From assembly GCA_964014485.1 (NCBI GenBank), contig CAXHAT010000071.1:1-36179 (forward strand): a stretch of 36,179 bases of DNA, in the 5' to 3' direction. The DNA comes from an uncultured Deferribacteres bacterium. Lineage in GTDB: Bacteria > Zhuqueibacterota > Zhuqueibacteria > Zhuqueibacterales > Geothermadaptataceae. A program made the position numbers and the translations under genes. Below are positions 17,449-25,787 of the stretch, piece after piece. Positions within the stretch are counted from its first letter, which is position 1. The number at the start of each line of letters is the position of its first letter. Under the pieces are notes generated by a model. That model did no database searches. It saw nothing but the letters and a program-made list of their open reading frames with translations, and was not told where the DNA came from.

Positions 17449-18534
17449 ATGGGCGAGAAGCGAACCGGGGGTTTCAAAAGGCTGAGTTTTTTTTCAGCAA
17501 TGACGGCGCTTTCTTTGGGCGCCGCTTTTCTACTCACGGAAATATTTCTGCGCATTTTCCTGCCGCAACAGGAAGCCATGGGATGGTTTACGCCCGACCA
17601 GCGCTACGGCTTTGTGATGAAGAAAAATTTTCGTCAGGAGTATCAATACGCAGGGTCGATTTTTACCATGATCGTGGAGACCAATTCGCTGGGTTTGCGC
17701 GATCGCGAGTATGATTTTTCCGAGAGCTTTCAAAAACGAATTCTGCTCATTGGCGATTCTTTTACGTTCGGGTACGCCGTTCAAGCCGAAGACAATTTTG
17801 ACTATAAGTTAGAAAAATTGGCGCTGAAAAAAGCCGGTGAAAACTGGGCCGTCATCAATTCGGGACACGGCGGCTGGGGAACATTGCAGGCAAGCCGATT
17901 TGCACGCGATCATTTCGAGAAATTCAAGCCGGATGCGATTGTCTACACCTTCTGTGGAAACGATCCAAATGATGACGTTCGTTTTTCGAGCATGAGATTA
18001 GATCCAGTGAAAGGCAGGCTCAAGTTTCCCGGGAAAGCTTTTATCCGTGAGCACTCGCATCTTTATCGCCTGATTTACAACTCGTACAAAATTTACGAAA
18101 ACAACCGGCGGCTTGAAAAAAAAATGGCGCAAGTAGACGACTTACAGAATGTCGTTGTCGACACGCAAAGCGCGAGCGTGATTACGCCGGAAATTTGGCG
18201 CGAAACGCTGGCGAAAATTCAGACGCTGCACCAAAGTTTTATGGAATTTAACCCCGACGGCAGACTCCTGATCCAGGCGTCTGCGCCGCTCAATAAAAAC
18301 ATTCGCCGAAACTTGCGCTCCCTCGAGAACGGAAAAAGCCTGATTTACGTCGACCTTGCGGACGAAGTGCAAAAGCTTCCGCCCAAAGATCGCGTGCTGC
18401 CTTATGACGGCCACTGGAGTCCCGCCGTCCACACAATTTCAGCGCAGAAGATTTTTGAAGCATTGCAGCGCTTTTCGACAGAGCCGGATTCGAGCGAAAC
18501 AAAAACCCTTGTGAATCAATCCTGGCCGGAGTGA
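17449..18534 (+). CDS. Membrane-anchored SGNH/GDSL hydrolase (putative polysaccharide O-acyl transferase/esterase)
   Basis: N-terminal TM, NSLGLRD, IGDSFTFG, GND, DGHW. Confidence 0.85.
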   Translation: MGEKRTGGFKRLSFFSAMTALSLGAAFLLTEIFLRIFLPQQEAMGWFTPDQRYGFVMKKNFRQEYQYAGSIFTMIVETNSLGLRDREYDFSESFQKRILLIGDSFTFGYAVQAEDNFDYKLEKLALKKAGENWAVINSGHGGWGTLQASRFARDHFEKFKPDAIVYTFCGNDPNDDVRFSSMRLDPVKGRLKFPGKAFIREHSHLYRLIYNSYKIYENNRRLEKKMAQVDDLQNVVVDTQSASVITPEIWRETLAKIQTLHQSFMEFNPDGRLLIQASAPLNKNIRRNLRSLENGKSLIYVDLADEVQKLPPKDRVLPYDGHWSPAVHTISAQKIFEALQRFSTEPDSSETKTLVNQSWPE

Positions 18535-19943
18535 CCGTCGTTTTGTCCAACCTAACTTCAGAAGAAATGAAAGCCGCGCCGATGCAGCTCCACTGGGTCG
18601 AGAAAATCGCGCGCATCACGTTTGCGGTTTATTTCTTTTTCATCTTTTTCGGCACTTCCATGCCGTTCCAGGAGCGCAGTCAGGACGTCGGCGACATCGG
18701 CACTTCGAACATTCTCAATCAACTTATTTTTACCACGCTTTTTCTGACTTCCTCGCTTTGTCTCGCTTATTCGCACCGAAGGTTGGCCGCTTTTATCAAG
18801 CGCGAGAAGTTTTTGACCATTTTTCTTGCCTGGTGCCTGCTCAGCGTCGTTTGGTCGCAATTTAGTTTTCCTTCCTTCAAACGTCTCTTTCAGATTTTTA
18901 CCACCGTCACGGTTTGCGCCGCTTTTTTGCTCAATACCAAAAATTCAGCGGATTATTTTAAGGTTTTCAAGAACATTCTCACGCTCTACATTTTTGCTTC
19001 CTTTCTGTCGGTTGCCCTCGTCCCCGGAGCCATCGATCCGGATCATGACAACGGCGCGTGGCGTTGTTTGGCGCACAGCAAGAATTTCCTCGGACAGACG
19101 GCGGTGGTCAGCATTCTCATTTGGTTTTTCGCTCTGCAAAATCCGGAAAGCCGCCGTGACAAAAGATTCTCGCTGCTCATGCTTTTTCTCTCGCTGGTTT
19201 TACTTGCCGGAACGCGCAGCATGACCTCTATTCTGACGTTCGGCGTATTAGCGGGCTTCGGCGCTTTGCTTTGGATCGACAAGCAAATGAAACCAATGGG
19301 GGTGGGACATGCTTTCTCCGCGCTGATTTTATTTGCCGCTGTTTCTCTCATTTCCGTCTTCCTGTTTCTCGCTCCCGAGATTCTGGCTTCAGCGCCCGGC
19401 CTGGTCGGCAAAGATCTGACTTTTACAGGCAGAACCGATCTCTGGCTCGATATATTAGACGAGACTGGCCGTCATTGGCTCATCGGCTGCGGTTTTTCGG
19501 GATTTTGGGTGGTGGATAACGAAGCCGTGCTGGCGCTCTACAAACGCTACATTTGGCTGCCCAACGAGGCGCACAACGGTTATCTTGATCTCGTCAACGA
19601 AGTTGGCGTTGTCGGGCTTGCAATGTTACTCATGATGTGCGTTCATTTCTTTCGCAAATTGAGCGCGGCGCCTGATTCCGGCTTTCTAAAATGGATAGTC
19701 ATCATCGTGCTTATCATGAACCTGCAGGAATCCACGCTTTTTCGGCAAAACATCCTGACGGGCGTGATGTTTATTTTTGCGTACGTCGCCGTTTTTGCCA
19801 GAGAGCCGCGCGCACTTCCGGAAACGCAAACGGCAAACGCCGGGGGAGAAGTTTCCGGCAAAAATCGAATTCAAACGAGCCGTCATGAGACCGTACATTT
19901 TAGCCGAAACAAACTGGAAAGCCGTTCAAGAAGCCGAATTTGA
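18531..19943 (+). CDS. O-antigen ligase/Wzy-like polymerase
   Basis: Multi-TM, SKNFLG, TRSMTS, DLTFTGRTDLW, AHNGYLD. Confidence 0.85.
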   Translation: MTVVLSNLTSEEMKAAPMQLHWVEKIARITFAVYFFFIFFGTSMPFQERSQDVGDIGTSNILNQLIFTTLFLTSSLCLAYSHRRLAAFIKREKFLTIFLAWCLLSVVWSQFSFPSFKRLFQIFTTVTVCAAFLLNTKNSADYFKVFKNILTLYIFASFLSVALVPGAIDPDHDNGAWRCLAHSKNFLGQTAVVSILIWFFALQNPESRRDKRFSLLMLFLSLVLLAGTRSMTSILTFGVLAGFGALLWIDKQMKPMGVGHAFSALILFAAVSLISVFLFLAPEILASAPGLVGKDLTFTGRTDLWLDILDETGRHWLIGCGFSGFWVVDNEAVLALYKRYIWLPNEAHNGYLDLVNEVGVVGLAMLLMMCVHFFRKLSAAPDSGFLKWIVIIVLIMNLQESTLFRQNILTGVMFIFAYVAVFAREPRALPETQTANAGGEVSGKNRIQTSRHETVHFSRNKLESRSRSRI

Positions 19944-20646
19944 TCTAGCCGTACTGCAATGGGGGGCGACCGAAGCCCACAACTATCATCTTCCTTACGC
20001 CACCGATAACTACGAAACCGAGCACATCACCGCCGAAGCGGCGCGTTTGGCCTGGGAGCGAGGAACGAAAGCGATCGTCCTGCCGATCATTCCCTTTGGC
20101 GTGAATACCGGTCAGCTCGACATAAAATTTTGCATCAACCTCAATCCCAGCACGCAATTTGAAATTTTAAAAGATGTTCTCGATGCGTTGAGCCGTCACG
20201 GAATCAAGAAATTTGTGCTGATGAACGGACACGGTGGCAACAATTTCCGGCAGATGGTGCGCGAGTGCCAAGCGCTGTTTCCGGAAATGTTTCTCTGCAC
20301 CGTCAACTGGTTCGACGCCGCGCCCTGGAAGGATTTTGTGGAAGATTTGGGCGATCACGCCGGGGAGCTGGAAACCAGCTTGATGCAAGCCATTGCGCCT
20401 GATCTTGTTCTGCCGCTCTCTGAAGCGGGGGACGGCGCCGCGAAACGCCCGAAAATCACCGCCATGCGCGAAGGCTGGGTCTGGGCGCAGCGACCCTGGA
20501 CCAAAGTGACAAAAGACACGGGCGTCGGCGATCCCGCCAAAGCTGCGCCGGAAAAAGGACGCGCTTTCATCAAAGCCGCTTCGGAAAAACTGGCGCAGTT
20601 TTTTGTTGAGTTGGGAGAAAGTGACGTCAATGATTTGTACGAATAG
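19885..20646 (+). CDS. Creatininase family amidohydrolase
   Basis: GATEAH..HLP..TD, NGHGGN, DHAGELETS. Start placed at ATG 19885. Confidence 0.9.
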   Translation: MRPYILAETNWKAVQEAEFDLAVLQWGATEAHNYHLPYATDNYETEHITAEAARLAWERGTKAIVLPIIPFGVNTGQLDIKFCINLNPSTQFEILKDVLDALSRHGIKKFVLMNGHGGNNFRQMVRECQALFPEMFLCTVNWFDAAPWKDFVEDLGDHAGELETSLMQAIAPDLVLPLSEAGDGAAKRPKITAMREGWVWAQRPWTKVTKDTGVGDPAKAAPEKGRAFIKAASEKLAQFFVELGESDVNDLYE

Positions 20647-20802
20647 AAGAATATCAGTTCAGCTACAAAAGATCACATTTTTGACAGAAAAATGTCTGGC
20701 GTAAAAATTTGCATGCTCTTTATCAGGTAAATTTTCTGAAAGCATTTGTTTGCCAACCATCTTTCTGTCAACGACGCCAATTATTCAAGTTTTGGAGGGA
20801 AA

Positions 20803-21963
20803 ATGGATTCAAAAATCACGCGAAGAAAAGCGTTGCAGTCTCTGGTGACGGCAGCCGGAGCGACCTTCGCCGCGCCGATGTTGAATTTTGGCCGCTTTCA
20901 ACTCTTCGGCGGTACGGCGGAGTACTCGACGAGAACCATTGATTTGCTCGGGCGCTCCCTCGTCATCGACATGCTCGCGCCGATTTCGCTGAACATGAAA
21001 ACGTTGCAATCCTGGCTCAACACGCCGGAAACTTACACCGAAAAAGATCACGCCCGTTTTCTCGAATCCAAAATTGACGTCTTCCACGTGGCGTTTGGCA
21101 TTGGCGGACCCGAGGCTTACAATCGCACTTTTCAATTCATTTCCGGGCTGAACAATTTTCTCGCCAATCACGATCAGCTTTACATGCGCATTGACAGCGC
21201 GGCGGATTTTGAGCGTCAACACAGAACCGGCAAGCCCGCATTGCTGTTAGGCGTGCAAAACGCCGAACATTTCCGCAAGCTCGACGACGTCAATTCTTTT
21301 CACAACATGGGACAACGCGTTTCGCAGCTCACCTACAACGCGAGAAACATGATCGGTAACGGCTCGACTGAGCGCATCGACGGTGGAATCAGCGATTTTG
21401 GTGCGAGGATCATAGGCCGGATGGACAAAGTCGGCATGGCGGTAGACGTTTCACACTGCGGAGATCAAACCACGCTTGACGCCTTCGAAATTTCGAAGAA
21501 ACCGGTGCTGATTACGCACTCCAACTGCCGCGCCCTCGCGCCGGGCCATCCGCGGTGCAAAACCGATGAAGCGATCAAAAAAATGGCTGCAACCGGCGGC
21601 GTCATGGGCGTCACCAGCGTGCGCATGTTCGTGAAGAACGATGAACCGACCACCATTGAGCACTATCTCGATCATTTTGACCATGTCGCCAAACTCGTCG
21701 GTGCGGAGCATCTCGGCGTTGGCAGCGACATCGATCTTGACGGCTACGACGATCTTCCGGCTCAGGTGAACCAGCAGCTCCGGGCGAACTACAAGCAGGG
21801 CGATTATCGTTTTCGGGATAAAATCGACATCGAAGGCGTCGATCATCCCAAGCGCATGTTTGACCTCACCGAAGGCTTGATCCGACGTGATTATTCTGAC
21901 GGTGACATTGAAGGGATTCTCGGCGGAAATTTTAAGCGAGCTTTGGTTGAGATTTGGAAATAA
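20803..21963 (+). CDS. Membrane dipeptidase (M19) with Tat signal peptide
   Basis: GGAGG RBS; TRRKAL twin-arginine; QLTYN, DVSHC, ITHSN, GSD motifs. Confidence 0.88.
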   Translation: MDSKITRRKALQSLVTAAGATFAAPMLNFGRFQLFGGTAEYSTRTIDLLGRSLVIDMLAPISLNMKTLQSWLNTPETYTEKDHARFLESKIDVFHVAFGIGGPEAYNRTFQFISGLNNFLANHDQLYMRIDSAADFERQHRTGKPALLLGVQNAEHFRKLDDVNSFHNMGQRVSQLTYNARNMIGNGSTERIDGGISDFGARIIGRMDKVGMAVDVSHCGDQTTLDAFEISKKPVLITHSNCRALAPGHPRCKTDEAIKKMAATGGVMGVTSVRMFVKNDEPTTIEHYLDHFDHVAKLVGAEHLGVGSDIDLDGYDDLPAQVNQQLRANYKQGDYRFRDKIDIEGVDHPKRMFDLTEGLIRRDYSDGDIEGILGGNFKRALVEIWK

Positions 21964-21964
21964 T

Positions 21965-22149
21965 TTAACCCAAGTTGTGACCGAAGATCGTGAGACGAGA
22001 GCGGAGTACAAAGCTTGCTTTGCTTTTAATCCAGCCCGTTGAAAAACGTGTGTAAATACTGGTTGCGAACTGAGAAAGTCTTCAGCGATTTAGCGAAGCA
22101 AGGCAAGCCTGTACTCCGCTTCATAATTCGCGGTCATAACCAGGGTTAA
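21965..22149. mobile_element. MITE-like palindromic element flanked by TTAA
   Basis: TTAA-CCCAAGTTGTGACCG ... CGGTCATAACCAGGG-TTAA, with an inner IR GCGGAGTACAAAGCTTGCTTTGCT / AGCAAGGCAAGCCTGTACTCCGC. Confidence 0.65.
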
Positions 22150-22299
22150 TTTGGGACCAAACGTTTTTGCGTTTGCAAGCAAAGGTCAAGCTCGTTTTGC
22201 TTGACAATTTAATGAAGATTTTCCAGAATAATCATGCGCCCCCGCCTGAGGGCGCATAATTCAAGTTATGAGTGTGAACTTTTTATCGGAGGAAGGAAA

Positions 22300-22470
22300 A
22301 TGACACTCAATGCACCGAAGAAGAACGTCTGGCTGGTTTCCGTGATTGTTGGCGTGCTGGGCCTTGTCGGCTTTTTTGTCGCTATCCCGTTCGTCAGCAC
22401 CTACGCATTTTGGTTTGTTACCGTCGGCTTTGCGCTATTGGCGCTGAGCACAATGCTGAAGGGGATGTAA
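22300..22470 (+). CDS. Small 2-TM membrane protein, 56 aa
   Basis: GGAGG RBS, TTGACA at 22201 upstream, two hydrophobic helices, terminator downstream. Confidence 0.8.
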   Translation: MTLNAPKKNVWLVSVIVGVLGLVGFFVAIPFVSTYAFWFVTVGFALLALSTMLKGM

Positions 22471-22513
22471 CTGCTTCGCATCTTGGAGTTTGACACGTGT
22501 TTGAATAAAACGA

Positions 22514-22547
22514 GCAGCCCCGGATCAACTCGATTCGGGGTTGTTTT
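22514..22547 (+). terminator. Rho-independent terminator
   Basis: GCAGCCCCGGATC/GATTCGGGGTTGT stem plus T run. Confidence 0.6.
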
Positions 22548-22561
22548 ACAAAGGGGGAAAC

Positions 22562-22879
22562 ATGACGCCCAAATGTATCGACCCGCCCGTGGGAAAAAGA
22601 CTTTCCGGTCTAAAATATTCATTTCTAAAAAGTTCAGCCGATCAACAAGCCGTTTACAAAAAGCATTTACAAGAATGCTCTTTTTGCAGGAAAACGGCCT
22701 CAAAAACGAAGATGAGAATCCGAGTCACTGGAATGATAAACATCGTAGCAGGCTTTGGGCTCATGATCCTTGGTCTGTTTTTTCCGCTGCCGATTCCAGC
22801 CGCCGGAATCCTTTGCATATTGGGAGGAATCGTGTGGATCGGCATTGGCGTCCGGCGTATTTTGTCGGGGAGAGATTAG
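22562..22879 (+). CDS. Small membrane protein with HxxxCxxC (zinc anti-sigma-like) motif
   Basis: AAGGGG RBS; HLQECSFC followed by two TM helices. Confidence 0.65.
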   Translation: MTPKCIDPPVGKRLSGLKYSFLKSSADQQAVYKKHLQECSFCRKTASKTKMRIRVTGMINIVAGFGLMILGLFFPLPIPAAGILCILGGIVWIGIGVRRILSGRD

Positions 22880-22898
22880 CTGACATTGAAAGTACCTC

Positions 22899-24188
22899 AT
22901 GAAAAAATACGCACTGATCGGCGCGGGGCCGTCCGGGCTTGCGGGCGCGCGCAATTTGCAGAAATTTGGCATTCCGTTTACCGGCTACGAAGCCCATTCC
23001 GACGTTGGCGGCCTGTGGGATATTAAAAACCCGAACAGCACGGTCTATGAATCGGCGCATCTCATTTCGTCGAAAAAAATGACGGAGTTTCGGGAATTTC
23101 CGATGAAAGAAAGCGTCGCTCCTTTTCCTTCCCACGAAGCGTTGCTGGATTATTTCCAATCCTTCGCTAACCATTTCGGCCTGCGCGAGCATTATCGTTT
23201 CAACACTGCTGTCGAAAAGATTGAAAAAGCAGACGACGGCTGGCAAATCACCGACAGCGCCGGGGGGGACGAAACTTACGGCGGCGTGATTATCGCGAAC
23301 GGCATTCTTTCACACCCAAACATCCCGAATTTCGAGGGCGAATTCAGCGGCGAGATTTTTCATTCGGCAAAATACAAATCGCCCGCCGTTTTTGAAGGCA
23401 AGCGCGTACTCATTGTCGGCGCCGGAAACAGCGGCTGCGACATTGCCGTGGACGCCGTTCATCGCGCCAAAAGCGTGGCGATCAGCATGCGGCGCGGCTA
23501 TCATTTTGTGCCCAAGTTCATCGTCGGAAAACCGGCGGACACGATTGGCGGTTTGATCAAGCTTCCGGCGCGAATCAAGCAGGCGATTGACGGCACGCTG
23601 CTCAAGCTCTTCACCGGCAATCCGCAATCCTTTGGCTTCCCAAAACCGGATCATAAAATCTACGAATCCCACCCTATCGTCAACTCGCTTATTTTACACC
23701 ACGCCGGGCACGGCGACATTGCGGTGAAGCCGGACATCGAGCGCTTCGATGATAAAAACGTGGTTTTCAAGAATAGCGAAACGTGCGAATTTGACCTTGT
23801 TCTGCTTGCGACAGGTTACAAATTACACTATCCGTTTATTGACAAATCTCACCTGAGCTGGAATGGAGCGACGCCGCAACTTTACCTAAATTGCTTTGCA
23901 CCAAAACACGACGATCTTTTTGTGCTGGGCATGATCGAAGCGGCGGGTATCGGCTGGCAGGGAAGGTACGAGCAGGCCGAAATTGTCGCGCGATTCATTC
24001 GCGCCAATGAACGACAGTCCCAGGCTGTGGAAAATCTGAAGCGCGTCAAATCCGGCGATTTGCCAAAGCTAAACGGCGGCTTCGATTATCTCGAAATTGA
24101 TCGCATGGCCTACTACGTTCATAAGGATTCTTACCTGAAAACACTGCGAAAGCATTTGCGAGAGTTCCAGGCGGAAGACGACGCATGA
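22899..24188 (+). CDS. Flavin-containing monooxygenase
   Basis: GAGPSG, FSGEIFHSAKY (FMO motif), GAGNSG, ATGY. Confidence 0.93.
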   Translation: MKKYALIGAGPSGLAGARNLQKFGIPFTGYEAHSDVGGLWDIKNPNSTVYESAHLISSKKMTEFREFPMKESVAPFPSHEALLDYFQSFANHFGLREHYRFNTAVEKIEKADDGWQITDSAGGDETYGGVIIANGILSHPNIPNFEGEFSGEIFHSAKYKSPAVFEGKRVLIVGAGNSGCDIAVDAVHRAKSVAISMRRGYHFVPKFIVGKPADTIGGLIKLPARIKQAIDGTLLKLFTGNPQSFGFPKPDHKIYESHPIVNSLILHHAGHGDIAVKPDIERFDDKNVVFKNSETCEFDLVLLATGYKLHYPFIDKSHLSWNGATPQLYLNCFAPKHDDLFVLGMIEAAGIGWQGRYEQAEIVARFIRANERQSQAVENLKRVKSGDLPKLNGGFDYLEIDRMAYYVHKDSYLKTLRKHLREFQAEDDA

Positions 24189-25108
24189 GCGAAATTGACG
24201 CGGTCGTGCTGAATTTTAGTCCGCAGGGTTTGTTCGTTCTCAACCTTGTGCTCGGCGTTGTTATGTTCGGCGTGGCGCTGGACTTGAAGCTGGCCGATTT
24301 CAAAACGTTGATCGACTTGCCGAAATCTGCTTTTATCGGGCTCCTCTGCCAATTCCTGCTTCTGCCGGCCGTCACATTTGCTTTGATCAGCGTCATCAAT
24401 CCCGTCCCGAGTATCGCCCTCGGCATGTTGCTCGTCGCCGCTTGCCCGGGCGGCAATATTTCGAATTTCTTCACCCACGTCGCGAAAGGCAACACAGCGC
24501 TTTCCGTCGGCATGTCCGCCGCTTCCACAGGCTGCGCGATGTTTTTGACCCCGCTAAATTTTGCCTTCTGGGGCTCGCTTTACGCGCCCGCGACAGCACT
24601 TCTCACCGAGATTGCGCTCGATCCCTTTGATCTGGCTAAAACAATTTTTCTACTCCTGGCGCTGCCGTTGGCGCTTGGTTTAACGATCTCCCACCGTTTC
24701 CCGGATTTTGCCGAAAGAATGAAAAAGCCGATGCGTATTTTTTCGATGGCGGTGTTTGGCATTTACGTTTTCGCGGCCTGGATTCTCAATTTCGATTATT
24801 TTTTGGCCTACGTAGGGTTGGTCGTTATCGGCGTTTTTATCCATAACACCCTGGCGCTTACGCTTGGTTACGGCGGCGCGAAATTGTTGCGCTTGCCCGA
24901 ACGCGACCGACGCGCTGTGGCGATTGAAGTCGGGATTCAAAATTCGGGACTGGGACTCATTCTTATTTTCAATTTTTTCGGCGGCTTGGGGGGCATGGCC
25001 ATTGTCACAGCCTGGTGGGGAATTTGGCACATCATCAGCGGCATGTCGCTCGCACTTTTTTGGTCACGGCGATATGAGGGAATAAAAGACGGGCGTAAGG
25101 ATTTGTAG
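24185..25108 (+). CDS. Bile acid:sodium symporter (BASS) family transporter
   Basis: ACPGGNISN, GNTALSV, IEVGIQNSGL. ATGA overlap with the FMO gene. Confidence 0.93.
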   Translation: MSEIDAVVLNFSPQGLFVLNLVLGVVMFGVALDLKLADFKTLIDLPKSAFIGLLCQFLLLPAVTFALISVINPVPSIALGMLLVAACPGGNISNFFTHVAKGNTALSVGMSAASTGCAMFLTPLNFAFWGSLYAPATALLTEIALDPFDLAKTIFLLLALPLALGLTISHRFPDFAERMKKPMRIFSMAVFGIYVFAAWILNFDYFLAYVGLVVIGVFIHNTLALTLGYGGAKLLRLPERDRRAVAIEVGIQNSGLGLILIFNFFGGLGGMAIVTAWWGIWHIISGMSLALFWSRRYEGIKDGRKDL

Positions 25109-25132
25109 AGACGCGATGCATCGCGTCTCTGC
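25105..25132. repeat. GTAG-type REP-like palindrome
   Basis: GTAGAGACGCGATGCATCGCGTCTCTGC; its TAG is the stop codon of the BASS gene. Confidence 0.7.
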
Positions 25133-25448
25133 CATCGTCGGTAGATTATTGACGTAGGGGGCCGCCGCCGCTACTGTCCGTTTTCAAAACAGACATTGTT
25201 CGTTCCCGGAATCGTTTCAAAAACAAATGACGCCCTTTAAGTTCAATTCTTGCCTGGCATACGATTTGACAAATCTCAAACTGCAGTAACCCTTCCGCTC
25301 GATAAAGCGGCTGTCGCTTCGGACCAATTCGACAGTCGCTTTTTTTTGTCCAACCTGAAATTCCGCCAACAAAAGATTTTTTGTAACCATTCCGAATGGC
25401 TCTGGTCTATTTGTTATACATTCGCGAATAAAGATCAAAAGGAGTATC

Positions 25449-25787
25449 ATGGCGAACGAAAAAATTGGCGAATTTGAAGAACTGGTGCTGTTGGCCGTGT
25501 GCAATTTGCGGGAGAACGCTTACGGCGTAACGATTCAGGAGATGATGCAAAACCACACGCGACGAAGTGCGTCCATTGGCGCGGTGTACGCGGCGCTGGA
25601 TCGATTGGAGCGCAAGAAGTTCGTCGAATCCTGGATCGGCGGAGCAACGGAAGCGCGAGGGGGGAGACGCAAAAGGTTTTTTCGCGTCACGCAATCGGGC
25701 CTGCGAGCGCTGGCGGTTTCCCGCGAAGTGCGTGAACGATTTTATCGCGGCATTTTGGACATTCTTCCAGCGGGCGGCGCGGCATGA
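25449..25787 (+). CDS. PadR family transcriptional regulator
   Basis: IGEFEELVLL, AYGVTI, GAVYAALDRLE, RGGRRKRFF. Confidence 0.92.
   Translation: MANEKIGEFEELVLLAVCNLRENAYGVTIQEMMQNHTRRSASIGAVYAALDRLERKKFVESWIGGATEARGGRRKRFFRVTQSGLRALAVSREVRERFYRGILDILPAGGAA

Noticed and set aside
19777..19943. Long functional overlap between the wzy-like and creatininase genes
   Set aside because: Creatininase likely starts at 19885; the remaining 59 bp overlap is a polar, probably non-conserved tail.
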